64,000 nucleotides of DNA from Gemmatimonadales bacterium (GTDB lineage Bacteria > Gemmatimonadota > Gemmatimonadetes > Gemmatimonadales > GWC2-71-9), in assembly GCA_041615815.1 (NCBI GenBank), contig JBFJCP010000001.1, forward strand, positions 204,337 to 268,336, written 5' to 3'. Made by a program: the position numbers and the translations under genes. The notes beneath the pieces are model-generated. The model searched no databases and had not been told where the DNA came from. It saw only the letters and a list, made by a program, of their open reading frames with translations. Each line of letters begins with the position of its first letter. Within the stretch, counting starts at the first letter, position 1. This document shows, in pieces, positions 29,969 through 39,925 of the stretch.

Positions 29969-30463
29969 GTGCGTTTGGCGATCGTGGTGCTGACCCTCGT
30001 GACGAGCACGGGATGCCTGTACGGCTTTGCCGGCGGTGGACTTCCCAGCCACGTGCGGACCGTCGCCATCCTGCCGTTCGACAATCAGACCGCCGAACCC
30101 ACGCTGACACAGGAGGTGTTCGACGCGATTCGGGAGGCCATGGAGGGTCGGTTGGGACTGCGTTCGGCTGCGGAGACGGACGCCGACGCGATCGTGCGGG
30201 GAACCATCGTGCGGTATCAACCGGATATTCCGCTTTCGTTCCGAGCGGGGCAAACCGCAGGCGCGGTGTCGGTCACGCGACGGCGGATCCAGCTCACGAT
30301 CAACGTCGAGATCTTCGACCAGCGGGAAGGACGTGCCCTCTGGGAGCGTTCGGGGCTCACGATCGATGGCGAGTACGATCCTCCGAACGAGAGCGAGGGC
30401 AGGGAAGTGGCCTTGGAGAAGCTGGTGTCCGACATCGTCGACGGAGCACAATCGCAATGGTGA
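29969..30463 (+). CDS. lptE: LPS assembly lipoprotein LptE family
   Basis: STGC lipobox, LPSHVRTVAILPFDNQT, ADAIVRGTI. Confidence 0.75.
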   Translation: MRLAIVVLTLVTSTGCLYGFAGGGLPSHVRTVAILPFDNQTAEPTLTQEVFDAIREAMEGRLGLRSAAETDADAIVRGTIVRYQPDIPLSFRAGQTAGAVSVTRRRIQLTINVEIFDQREGRALWERSGLTIDGEYDPPNESEGREVALEKLVSDIVDGAQSQW

Positions 30464-30828
30464 CCGCGCGTTGGGCTACTCGCGACGGCAAGTCTCGCAT
30501 CGGTTGCTTGCTGACGATCCTCATGCTGATACTGATCGTCTACACCGGCGTCAACGTGGGACAGGTCTACTATCGCTATTGGATGGTCTTGGACGAGATG
30601 AAGACCCAGGCCCGGATGGCTCCAGGTCTCACCGACGATGTGATTCGGCGGCGCGTGCTTCAACGCATCGAAGAACTCGAGCTGCCCTCGGAAGCGCGCA
30701 CGATCCGCATCCGTCGAACGGCGCGACCCAGGGAAATCTTCATTGGCACCTCGTGGCAAGACACCCTGATCTTTCCTCTATATAAGCACCCCATCCGGCT
30801 CGCCCCGGAAGCCCGGCAACCTCTGTGA
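30457..30828 (+). CDS. Single-TM hypothetical protein
   Basis: GKSRIGCLLTILMLILIVY TM segment; overlaps the lptE stop. Confidence 0.6.
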   Translation: MVTARWATRDGKSRIGCLLTILMLILIVYTGVNVGQVYYRYWMVLDEMKTQARMAPGLTDDVIRRRVLQRIEELELPSEARTIRIRRTARPREIFIGTSWQDTLIFPLYKHPIRLAPEARQPL

Positions 30829-30841
30829 GCACCCGACACCC

Positions 30842-32236
30842 GTGAGACGCACGGTCACGGCACTCGTGTGCCTCATGTTGGCCGTACCAGCCGCGCTGTG
30901 GAGCGCGGAGGCGGCCGATTCGGGTCATTCCCTCGTGGTGCGGCTGTTTTTCGTGTTTGCCGTCATGCTCATTGCCGGCAAGCTCTCTGGCGAACTCTTC
31001 GAACGCATTGGCCAACCCGCGGTGCTGGGAGAGTTGATCGCCGGAGTCATCCTCGGCGGAAGCCTCCTCGGCATCATTCCCACCTCACCGGACGACCCGC
31101 TCACCGAGATCGTCAAGCTGCTGGCCGAAGTCGGCGTGGTCATCCTGCTCTTCGAGATCGGTTTGGAAACCGACCTCAAGGCGATGTTCAGGGTGGGCCC
31201 GGGCGCCTCCACCGTGGCGCTCGTGGGCATTGTGCTGCCCATGCTTGGGGGAGCGCTGTTCTGGATATCCCCCCTGGCGAAGGCTGAGTTCAGTACGGCG
31301 GGCGCCTCCACCACCGCGATCTTCCTGGGGGCCGCACTCACGGCCACGTCGGTGGGCATCACGGCGAGGGTGCTGCAGGACCTGAACGTCATGCGCTCGG
31401 TCGAATCCCGTCTGATCATCGGGGCGGCGGTGATCGATGACGTGCTGGGACTGGTGCTGCTCGGGCTCGTATCCTCGCTCGCCGCCGGGCAGGCTGTGAC
31501 CGTGCTGAGCGTGGCCGGCAACCTTGGCGTGGCCATCGGGTTTCTGGTCGTGGCTGTCGGCATCGGGCTCGTGGTCGCGCCGCGGCTCTTCGACGTGTTG
31601 GACCGCATGCGTGTTCGCGGGGTGATGTTGGTGTCGGGTTTCGCGTTCGTGCTGGTCCTGTCCGCCCTGGCGGACGTCGTGGGTTCGGCGATGATCATCG
31701 GCGCCTTTGCCGCCGGCGTCATTCTCTCGGGAACCAATCAGTTCGACGTGATTGCCGAGCGGATCAAGCCCGTGGCCGATATCTTTACGCCCGTCTTTTT
31801 TCTCAGTATCGGCGCCGAGCTGAATGTGGCGCTGCTCAACCCGCTCAATCCCGAGAACCTCCCGGTGCTCGCTGTGGGGTTTTCGCTCCTGATCATCGCG
31901 ATCATCGGGAAGCTGGCGGCCGGGTGGGCCGTGCCGTGGCGGAAGTTCAACAAGGTGGCGGTCGGCGTTGGCATGATGCCTCGGGGCGAGGTGGGCCTCA
32001 TCTTCGCGAATATCGGGCTCGTGACGGGCGTGCTCACGCCCGAGCTCTTCGGCGCCATCATCATCATGGTGATTGGGACCACGTTCATGGCTCCGCCGCT
32101 GCTCAAATGGAGCTTCGGAAGATGGGGGGTGACGCAGCCCGATGAGGCGGCACCACAGAAACTCGACCCCCCCCCGACCCCCACCACGCCGACGCACCCG
32201 ACCGCCGACTCGAGCGATGACCAAGCCGCGTCCTGA
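30842..32236 (+). CDS. Cation:proton antiporter (CPA2/NapA-like)
   Basis: QPAVLGELIAG, LFEIGLET, TATSVGIT, AAVIDD, GMMPRGEV. Confidence 0.93.
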   Translation: MRRTVTALVCLMLAVPAALWSAEAADSGHSLVVRLFFVFAVMLIAGKLSGELFERIGQPAVLGELIAGVILGGSLLGIIPTSPDDPLTEIVKLLAEVGVVILLFEIGLETDLKAMFRVGPGASTVALVGIVLPMLGGALFWISPLAKAEFSTAGASTTAIFLGAALTATSVGITARVLQDLNVMRSVESRLIIGAAVIDDVLGLVLLGLVSSLAAGQAVTVLSVAGNLGVAIGFLVVAVGIGLVVAPRLFDVLDRMRVRGVMLVSGFAFVLVLSALADVVGSAMIIGAFAAGVILSGTNQFDVIAERIKPVADIFTPVFFLSIGAELNVALLNPLNPENLPVLAVGFSLLIIAIIGKLAAGWAVPWRKFNKVAVGVGMMPRGEVGLIFANIGLVTGVLTPELFGAIIIMVIGTTFMAPPLLKWSFGRWGVTQPDEAAPQKLDPPPTPTTPTHPTADSSDDQAAS

Positions 32237-32930
32237 CGGCCGCCACGCCGGCGAGCTGCGCCCAGTGGTGCTGGAGCGACGGGCCAACCCGTATGCGGAA
32301 GGGTCGTGTCTCGTCCGCATGGGTGGAACCCTGGTGTTGTGTACGGCGAGTGTGGTACAAGGCGTGCCGCCGTGGCGCCGGGACGCGGGGCTCGGTTGGC
32401 TCACCGCCGAGTACGCCATGCTTCCGCGGGCCACGACCGAGCGCACGTCGCGGGAGCGTGGGCGTATTGGAGGACGGACAGCTGAGATTCAACGACTCAT
32501 CGGCCGGAGCCTGCGGGCCGCCCTGGAAACTTTTGCGTTCGGGTTGTTCACGATTCATATCGATTGCGACGTGCTCCAGGCAGACGGTGGAACCCGCACC
32601 GCGGCCATCACGGGTGGTGCGGTGGCGCTGGCCGATGCGTGCGCCTGGCTCGAGCGCCACCATGGCACCAATCCGTTCGGTCGCCTCGTCGCCGGTGTCT
32701 CCGTGGGAATCGTGGAGGGTGAGCCACGACTCGACCTTGCCTATGCCGAGGACAGCGCGGCCGAGGTGGACGGTAACGTGGTGATGGCGCATCCGGACCG
32801 CTACGTGGAGGTCCAGAGCACCGCGGAAGCGGGGGTGTTTGGGCAGGATGCGCTGGACCGCATGTTGCAGCTCGCCGGCTCCGGGCTGCTGCAACTCTTC
32901 GCCGAGCAGCAACGCGCGCTCGAGGGATGA
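32217..32930 (+). CDS. rph: Ribonuclease PH
   Basis: RPDGR, GWLTAEYAMLPRAT, EIQRLIGRSLR, DCDVLQADGGTRTAAITG. Confidence 0.96.
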   Translation: MTKPRPDGRHAGELRPVVLERRANPYAEGSCLVRMGGTLVLCTASVVQGVPPWRRDAGLGWLTAEYAMLPRATTERTSRERGRIGGRTAEIQRLIGRSLRAALETFAFGLFTIHIDCDVLQADGGTRTAAITGGAVALADACAWLERHHGTNPFGRLVAGVSVGIVEGEPRLDLAYAEDSAAEVDGNVVMAHPDRYVEVQSTAEAGVFGQDALDRMLQLAGSGLLQLFAEQQRALEG

Positions 32931-33559
32931 GTCACCAGCTCCTCGTTGCCACACGAAATCCCGGGAAAGAACGTGAGATCCGGGCCATTCTCGCCGATGT
33001 GGGTCACCAGATCGTCTTCCCCAATGACCTGCAGCTCATCGAACGACGGGAGGAGGCCAATCTCGAGCTCGCCGAGACGTTCCAAGGCAACGCGCGACGC
33101 AAGGCCGAATATTTTGCGCGACGAACGGGGCTGCCGACGGCCGCTGACGATTCCGGACTCGAGGTCTACGCGCTGGGCGGACTTCCCGGCGTCCGCTCCC
33201 GCCGGTTCGCCATGCACGACGGGCCACCTGAGGAGCAGGACGCCGCCAACAACGCCGAGCTCATGCGGCGCCTCTCCGGCCTCCCCCGGGAAAAACGGCG
33301 CGCCCGCTACCGCTGCGTCGTGGCGTTTCTCCCCCGACCCGATGCACCGCCCATGACGTTCGAGGGAAGCTGCACCGGTCACATTCTCGAGCAGCCCAAA
33401 GGGGACGGCGGCTTTGGCTACGACCCGCTGTTTTGGTCTGACGACCTGGAACTCTCCTTCGGTGAAGCGCCGCCGGACGAGAAGGACGCGGTGAGCCACC
33501 GGGGCAAGGCATTCCGCGCGCTGGCCGCATGGTTGAGGGAGAAGAGCCAGGGGCGGTAG
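32927..33559 (+). CDS. rdgB: Non-canonical purine NTP pyrophosphatase
   Basis: ATRNPGK, ADDSGLEV, GFGYDPLF, SHRGKA; follows rph. Confidence 0.95.
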   Translation: MSHQLLVATRNPGKEREIRAILADVGHQIVFPNDLQLIERREEANLELAETFQGNARRKAEYFARRTGLPTAADDSGLEVYALGGLPGVRSRRFAMHDGPPEEQDAANNAELMRRLSGLPREKRRARYRCVVAFLPRPDAPPMTFEGSCTGHILEQPKGDGGFGYDPLFWSDDLELSFGEAPPDEKDAVSHRGKAFRALAAWLREKSQGR

Positions 33560-33744
33560 GCGGGAACGAGAGACACCACGGAACGCGAGGTGAGCCCGGT
33601 TGGTCACCCCGTAGTCGAAATCCGCGCGACGCCTCTACCTTTACCTATGTATGCGAGATTCCACGCGGGACTCAGCCCTCCAGGCCAACGCGGACCTGCG
33701 GTATCAGTGCCCATCCCGCTCATCCCCCCTCACGGAGGTCCCCG

Positions 33745-34137
33745 ATGCATCGAGCGCTCGTCTGCACCAGCCTCGTCGTCTCCGTCACCTGCGCCTCGAG
33801 CACCCAAACCGGCGAGCCGCGCCCGAGCCGAAGCGTGATCACGGCCGATCAAGTTGCGGCGGAAGATCTTCAGGGAGCCACTGCTTGGGAGGTGGTTGAG
33901 CGGTTTCACAGCGATTGGCTCTTGGGCTCCCCCCCCACGTCCCCCAACGATCCCCCTAGGCTGTACCCCGTCATTTATGTCGACGACATCCGCATGGGCG
34001 ACCTCGAGACGCTGCGGACCGTGCCGGGGGGCGACATTCGGGACATTCGCCTCATTGCGCCCAGGGACGCCATCTTCCGCTACGGAGTGGGCCACGATGG
34101 CGGCATAATCGCCATACGCACCAAGCTGAAACACTAA
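33745..34137 (+). CDS. Small lipoprotein resembling an isolated TonB-receptor plug domain
   Basis: SVTC lipobox-like; VITADQV...PVIYVDD...DIRDIRLI...RYG...GGIIAIRTK; no barrel. Confidence 0.7.
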   Translation: MHRALVCTSLVVSVTCASSTQTGEPRPSRSVITADQVAAEDLQGATAWEVVERFHSDWLLGSPPTSPNDPPRLYPVIYVDDIRMGDLETLRTVPGGDIRDIRLIAPRDAIFRYGVGHDGGIIAIRTKLKH

Positions 34138-34197
34138 TCTCCGTGGGGACTTGTGGTTACGGTACCTCGCATATACATTCCGGCGGTTGGAAGCCGG

Positions 34198-34215
34198 TTC
34201 GAACGTACGTTCGAA
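34198..34215. promoter_or_regulatory. Perfect 18-bp palindrome, SOS/Cheo-box-like
   Basis: TTCGAACGTACGTTCGAA. Confidence 0.5.
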
Positions 34216-34534
34216 TAACCCGGTCGCCCGGGAACCGGCGACCTGACAACGAGTAGCATTGCCAGAGCCCTGCTTTGGGCACCGCGGGCGGTCCTTACCC
34301 TCCCAGTAGAGGCGTCGCGGTAACTGGTTCATTAAAGAGACAGCGAGGTCGCGACACCGGGATGACCGGTGACGTTGGTTTGTGCTTATGACCCCATTCG
34401 TTTGGTGCGCGCTGTGGATACGCACCGCAATCAGCTCCCTCCCTTTCTCCCATTTCGGGGGTTCCGCCTATGATCCGTCCCATTGCTTTCGTTCGATTCT
34501 CTCTTTCGTCAACCCAACAGTGAGGATGCGACAC

Positions 34535-37500
34535 ATGAGTTTGCGACGTGCTATCCTCGCCGCGGGGACCGTGTTCGCGCTGATCCTGAGCCTACCGTTG
34601 GTAGCTCAGGCGCAGCAGGGAACGATCCGCGGCACCGTGACGGCCCGGGCCACCGGCGAAGCACTGCCGGGCGCCAGAGTGCAGTTGGTAGGCACCACCC
34701 GGTTCGTCGCCACCGCCTCCGACGGGAGCTACGAGCTCAGCGGAGTGCGGGTAGGCCAAGTGCAGGTGCGCGTGGCCATCATCGGGTACCTCTCACAGAC
34801 GGCGAGCCTCGAGGTCAGTGCCAACCAGACCGCGACGGTGGATTTCCAGCTGTCCGAGTCGGTGCTCACGCTCGACGCCGTGGTGGTCACGGCGCTCGGC
34901 GAGCAGTCCGCCCGCGAGGTGTCCAACGCGATGTCATCCGTGAACGTGGCAGATCTCATGGACGCCGCGCCGCAGGTGAACATCACGGAAGTCCTCCAGG
35001 GCAAGGCCCCCGGCGTGACCCTGCTTCAGTCCTCCGGTACCACGGGGTCTGGGCACTCGATCAAGATCCGGGGCAACTCGTCCATCAACCTGAGCAATAC
35101 GCCTCTCATCTACATCGACGGCGCTCGGGTGGACAATGACAACAACGCCAACCCCCAGGGCTTTGGCGTCGGTGGTCAGGACGCCAGCCGCCTCAACGAC
35201 ATCAACCCTTCCGACATCGAGCGGATCGAGATCGTCAAAGGTCCCTCCGCTTCGACGCTCTACGGGACCGAAGCTGCCGCTGGCGTGATCCAGATCTTCA
35301 CCAAGAAGGGCCGCCGCGGCGCCGCGCCGGAGTTCAATTTCCGCACGGACCTGGGCAACAACTGGAAGAACGAGTACACCTTTGCACCCAACGTCTGGAA
35401 TCCGCTCTCCTTCGGGTTCGGGTTTGACACGCTCTACGTGATGAACCTGCTGGAAGAGGCGGACGCCCGCGGTAACTATGGGAGTCCCTTCCGCAACGGC
35501 TTCATGCAGACGTACGCCGGCTCCATCCGCGGTGGTACGGATGACGTGACCTACTACGTCTCGGCCGAGTTCCAGGACGAAGAGGGGATTCTGCCGAACA
35601 ACCAGATGACCCGCTACTACGGGCGCGGCAATTTCAACATCAGCCCCGCCCCAACGTGGGACCTCCAGGCCAGCGTCGGTTACACCAGCAACTTCCTGTC
35701 GCTGCCCGACAACGACAACAACGGCTTTGGCTACATCGGCGTGGCCCAGGTGGGCTTCCCGTGGAACGCCTCGATCATGGCGTCCGACCCGATCGCGGGT
35801 GGAAGTCCGATCCTGACATGTCCCTTCGCCGTCGAGCTGGCGCGTCTTGGCGCCGGCACCCTGGCGGACAATAGCCCCGGCGGCGCGGCCAATGCATGTC
35901 CTGAGGCGGCCGGGTTCGGTGGCCGGACCTTTGCCGATGTGGCCTCGCTGCAAAACCGGCAGGCCGTTGAGCGCATGACCGGGAGCACGACGGCCCGGTG
36001 GCGTCCCACCGAGTTCTGGAGCAACCGCTTCACGCTCGGTTATGACCTCATCGATCAGCGCTCGAGCACGCTCGTTCCGGTGAACCCGGATCGGCCCTTT
36101 GGCTCGCTCTCCGAGGGAGACCGAGATCTGTCCACGTTGACCGAGCGTAATCTGACGGTCGACTACTCGGGCTCGCTCAACTTTTCGTTTGGCGACGTGG
36201 GGACGGTCACGTCCTTCGGGTTCCAGTTCTTCCGTGAAGTGCAGGAGCTCGTACGGTGTAACGGGGGTGAATTCCCGGCCGGCGCCACGACGTGTTCCAA
36301 TGCTGTGACGACGGACGGCTTCGAGACGTATGCGGAGAACAAGACCCTCGGTCTTTACATCCAGGAGCAGTTCAGCTGGATGGACCGGATCTTTGTCACA
36401 CCGGCTGTCCGGTTCGACGAGAACAGTGCCTTCGGGCGGAACTTCGACATTCAGGTATACCCCAAGGTGGGCGTGTCGGCCATCGCCATCGATGAGCCCA
36501 TCGGCCCCCTCGATCAGCTGAAGTTGCGTGGCGCGTGGGGACGCTCAGGCAAGGCCCCCACCAACACGGCGTCCTTCGAGACGTTCAATGCGCGCGGCTT
36601 CGCTATCGGCCTGCAGGACGCCCTGGGCGTCGTGCCGCAGCAGCCGGGTAACCCGGATCTCCAACCCGAGCTGGGCGAGGAATGGGAAGCCGGTTTCGAT
36701 GTTGGTTTGCTCAACAACCGGGTGGGCCTCGAAGCCACGTACTACCAGCAGAAGACGCTGGACGTGCTGGTGACCAGGCCGCAGGCACCCTCCTTGGGCT
36801 TCCCCAACGCGGTGTGGGACAACTTGGGTCGGATGGACAACCGAGGCTTCGAGTTCGCCCTGAACGTGAATGCGTTCAATCAGCCCAATCTGCGGTGGGA
36901 TTGGACCATCAACTTCGCCACCAACGACAACGAGATCAAAGAGCTGGAGCAGTTCGTCCCGCTGTCGTTTGGCGCGAGCCAGCGGCACCAGGAGGGCTTC
37001 CCCTTCGCCGCGTACTTCACCGAGATCATCACGTTGGATGCCAATGGTGATCCAATGGTGGTCCCGTATGACGACGCCCTGGATATCCTGGATGGCGTCA
37101 ATGACGATCACCAGCTTGTCGGACAGCCCACCCCCGAGTGGGAGGGTTCGGTCTCGACGTCGATCAACTTCCTGCGGCACTTCACGCTGTACGCCTTCCT
37201 TGACTTCAAGGGCGGGCATCAGCTGTTCAACTCCACCGAAGAGTTCCGCTGCGGCTTCTTGGGCGGCGGCGAGAATGGTGGCGTGTGCCCCGAGATGTTC
37301 GAGAAAGACGCCAACGGTGACTTCACGGCGGACGCCAAGATCAAGCAGTTTGCTTCGGCGATCCAGTCTGAGTTCCCGTGGGTTGAGGACGCCGACTTCA
37401 TGAAGCTCCGCACGCTCTCGCTCAAGTTCCAATTCCCGGAAGAGTGGGCGCAGATGCTGCGGATGAAGCGGGTGAGTGTGTCGTTCGCCGGATACAACCT

Positions 37501-37633
37501 GAAGACCTGGACGGGGTACTCGGGCGCCGATCCCGAGATCAACAACTTCGGCCAGAACGAGGTGATCCGCGCGGACTTCCTGACGCTACCGCCACAGCGG
37601 CGGTTCGTCGGAACGTTCTCGATCACGTTTTAA
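34535..37633 (+). CDS. SusC/RagA family TonB-dependent receptor
   Basis: Signal peptide, carboxypeptidase-regulatory-like domain, LDAVVVT, PLIYIDG, DINPSDIERIEIVKGPSASTLYG, GNPDLQPE, terminal Phe. Confidence 0.95.
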   Translation: MSLRRAILAAGTVFALILSLPLVAQAQQGTIRGTVTARATGEALPGARVQLVGTTRFVATASDGSYELSGVRVGQVQVRVAIIGYLSQTASLEVSANQTATVDFQLSESVLTLDAVVVTALGEQSAREVSNAMSSVNVADLMDAAPQVNITEVLQGKAPGVTLLQSSGTTGSGHSIKIRGNSSINLSNTPLIYIDGARVDNDNNANPQGFGVGGQDASRLNDINPSDIERIEIVKGPSASTLYGTEAAAGVIQIFTKKGRRGAAPEFNFRTDLGNNWKNEYTFAPNVWNPLSFGFGFDTLYVMNLLEEADARGNYGSPFRNGFMQTYAGSIRGGTDDVTYYVSAEFQDEEGILPNNQMTRYYGRGNFNISPAPTWDLQASVGYTSNFLSLPDNDNNGFGYIGVAQVGFPWNASIMASDPIAGGSPILTCPFAVELARLGAGTLADNSPGGAANACPEAAGFGGRTFADVASLQNRQAVERMTGSTTARWRPTEFWSNRFTLGYDLIDQRSSTLVPVNPDRPFGSLSEGDRDLSTLTERNLTVDYSGSLNFSFGDVGTVTSFGFQFFREVQELVRCNGGEFPAGATTCSNAVTTDGFETYAENKTLGLYIQEQFSWMDRIFVTPAVRFDENSAFGRNFDIQVYPKVGVSAIAIDEPIGPLDQLKLRGAWGRSGKAPTNTASFETFNARGFAIGLQDALGVVPQQPGNPDLQPELGEEWEAGFDVGLLNNRVGLEATYYQQKTLDVLVTRPQAPSLGFPNAVWDNLGRMDNRGFEFALNVNAFNQPNLRWDWTINFATNDNEIKELEQFVPLSFGASQRHQEGFPFAAYFTEIITLDANGDPMVVPYDDALDILDGVNDDHQLVGQPTPEWEGSVSTSINFLRHFTLYAFLDFKGGHQLFNSTEEFRCGFLGGGENGGVCPEMFEKDANGDFTADAKIKQFASAIQSEFPWVEDADFMKLRTLSLKFQFPEEWAQMLRMKRVSVSFAGYNLKTWTGYSGADPEINNFGQNEVIRADFLTLPPQRRFVGTFSITF

Positions 37634-37701
37634 CTGACGAGGCCAACCTTCCGGGGTCGCAGGCGCGGCCCCGGGGGCTGCCATAGATCTGGAGATTACG
37701 T

Positions 37702-39111
37702 ATGCGATTTGATCTGAAGCCGATTAAGAAGGTCCTGATGGTGGGCCTCGTCGGCGCCATCGTCGGATCTGTCGGCGCCTGTGGGTTTTCCGACCCGCTG
37801 CGTGTCCAAGATCCGGGAACGCTCACGGATGATGAGCTGACGGGCGTGGGCGCGGTTCCCGCCACGGTGAACGGCATGATCGGACAGTTCCAGGAAGCCC
37901 TGGACGATTACGTCCGATACTCCTGTCTGTTTACCGATGAGTGCATCCTTGCCGGCACGTTCCCGACGCGGGTCGAGGTCGAGAACCGCCGGATCACCAC
38001 CGCCAACGTGTCGTTGGACGATGAGGTGTACGAGCCGATCCACACGGCCCGCTTCCAGGCGGACAACACGGTAGAGCAGTTCCAGACGATCGACCAGAGC
38101 GATCCTGAGTTCGCGGGCGTCGTCGGTAAGATCCAAGAGGGAATCGTTGCTGGATTCCTATACGGGGGCTACACCCGGGTCCTCTTGGCGGAGCTGTATT
38201 GCGAAAGCGCCATCAATGCCGGTTCCTACGTCTTTTCGGACGAACGGATGCGCGACGCGCTGACGATCCTGGAACAGGCAGAGACGGAGGCCAACAATGT
38301 TGGTCTCTCGAGCTACGCCAACGCCGCCATCGTGGGACAGGCCCGCGCACATCTGTGGCTTGGCGAAGATGGCAACGCCGCGGCCGATGCAGCGCGCGTG
38401 CCGGCCGGGTTCGTATTCAACGCGAATTACTCCGAGAACGACGACGCCAGCTTCAACGAAATGCACTCCTCGAGTTGGGGCCGCGGCGGCTGGGTCATCC
38501 GGTGGACCGTGGGTGACGGTACCCGAGGCGACCGGAACAACGAGCGCTTTGGTCAGCAGCTCGTGACCCAGGGTGTAAACGTGACCGACTCGTTCGACGA
38601 GTGGGTCAATATCGGCCTGATCGATCCGGATCCGGGCCCGAACTTTGTGGCCTTCAACAGCGCAATTCCGGTGAAGCTGCAGCTGAAGTACCGCGCCGGG
38701 ACCGCGCCCATTCGGATCGCCTCCACGACGGAAGCCGATTTCATCGAGGCCGAGGCCGCCATCCGCGGCAGCGATTTCGCGACCGCCAACACGATCGTGA
38801 ACGGCTATCGGGCCACGTGGACCGACGAGACCACCGGCAATCCACTCCCGGCTATCGATTATGCAGCGCTGCCGGACCTGCAGAGCCGCCTCATTCAGCT
38901 CGCGCAGGACAGGAACCGCGACATGTGGCTCGAGGGTGAGCGACAGGGCACGTTCCGGCGGTTTTTCCGTCGCGACGGCATCGACCTGTACACGCCGGTC
39001 ACGGCAGCCGCCACCTTCAACCAGATCTGCTTCCCGGTGCACCAGCAGGAGCTGGATACCAACAGCAATCCTGCCAACTGCCCCGATCCCTCCGTGCCCT
39101 GCACGCCGTAA
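37702..39111 (+). CDS. SusD/RagB family lipoprotein
   Basis: VGAC lipobox; ARAHLW, EAEAAIR, RNRDMWLEGER; follows susC. Confidence 0.88.
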   Translation: MRFDLKPIKKVLMVGLVGAIVGSVGACGFSDPLRVQDPGTLTDDELTGVGAVPATVNGMIGQFQEALDDYVRYSCLFTDECILAGTFPTRVEVENRRITTANVSLDDEVYEPIHTARFQADNTVEQFQTIDQSDPEFAGVVGKIQEGIVAGFLYGGYTRVLLAELYCESAINAGSYVFSDERMRDALTILEQAETEANNVGLSSYANAAIVGQARAHLWLGEDGNAAADAARVPAGFVFNANYSENDDASFNEMHSSSWGRGGWVIRWTVGDGTRGDRNNERFGQQLVTQGVNVTDSFDEWVNIGLIDPDPGPNFVAFNSAIPVKLQLKYRAGTAPIRIASTTEADFIEAEAAIRGSDFATANTIVNGYRATWTDETTGNPLPAIDYAALPDLQSRLIQLAQDRNRDMWLEGERQGTFRRFFRRDGIDLYTPVTAAATFNQICFPVHQQELDTNSNPANCPDPSVPCTP

Positions 39112-39143
39112 CGCAGGTTCACAAAGAGGCAGAGCGCGTAGTC

Positions 39144-39178
39144 ACCGGGCGCCCCTTCGGGGGCGCCCGGTTTCTTCT
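39144..39178 (+). terminator. Rho-independent terminator
   Basis: ACCGGGCGCCCC-TTCG-GGGGCGCCCGGT then T-rich tail. Confidence 0.85.
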
Positions 39179-39325
39179 CGCCGCTCGCTTGCGTCGCCCT
39201 CAGCCAACTCCCAGTTTTCTGACCGGCACCAAGGCTCGCTTTTACGGCACGCCCCATCCCGCCCTTCCCACCCATTACGCGGATCCGGCGCCGAGTGGGA
39301 GGCGGATGACACCGCGGAGGACTCC

Positions 39326-39739
39326 ATGTACTACCGCCGTCTGAATGTCGCCTCACTGGCCCTCGCCGTCATCGTTCTCGGGTGCGGTAGCGGGGGGGGA
39401 GCCGACACCGCAACGGACGGACCGACCCCCCAACGATCCGGTCGCAATCGGTTGACCCAGGCCGAGATGTTGGAGACCACGGCCACGACCGTCTACGAAG
39501 CGGTGCAGCAGCTGCGGCCGACCTGGTTCACCCCACGAGGTACCGATCCGAGTAGCGGTGACCCGCTCATCCCGGTGGTCTACGTGGATGGCGTGCGAGC
39601 GGGAGACCTCGAGTTCCTGCGGCAACTGCGCATCGAGGAGGTCGAGCGCCTCCGCTACATCAATGCGCGGGACGCCACCACGCGCTGGGGAACGGGGGTG
39701 CCCGGGGGCGTCATCGAGGTCTCGCGCGCTCGAGGCTAG
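39326..39739 (+). CDS. Small lipoprotein resembling an isolated TonB-receptor plug domain
   Basis: VLGC lipobox; LTQAEM...TVYEAVQQLRP...PVVYVDGVR...EVERLRYI...RWG...GGVIEVSR; GGAGG RBS. Confidence 0.75.
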   Translation: MYYRRLNVASLALAVIVLGCGSGGGADTATDGPTPQRSGRNRLTQAEMLETTATTVYEAVQQLRPTWFTPRGTDPSSGDPLIPVVYVDGVRAGDLEFLRQLRIEEVERLRYINARDATTRWGTGVPGGVIEVSRARG

Positions 39740-39819
39740 CGCGCGCGAAGTCGGCCGATCGCGCTGGCGGCCGCCGCCGTGACTGGGTACCATTCGACGC
39801 GGTTGACACTCCCGCACCC

Positions 39820-39893
39820 CGGGGCGTGGCGCAGCTCGGTAGCGCGCCTGGTTTGGGACCAGGAGGTCGCCGGTTCAAATCCGGCCGCCCCGA
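39820..39893 (+). tRNA. tRNA-Pro (UGG)
   Basis: CGGGGCG acceptor stem; CCTGG-TTTGGGA-CCAGG anticodon arm; GGTTCAAATCC. Confidence 0.96.
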
Positions 39894-39925
39894 CTGCGAG
39901 TCCTCCGCCGAGGGAAGAGGAAGGT

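Noticed and set aside
34300..34450. Riboswitch upstream of susC (AGAGG lysine-like start)
   Set aside because: Could not find the other conserved elements of lysine, cobalamin or TPP aptamers; needs an Infernal search
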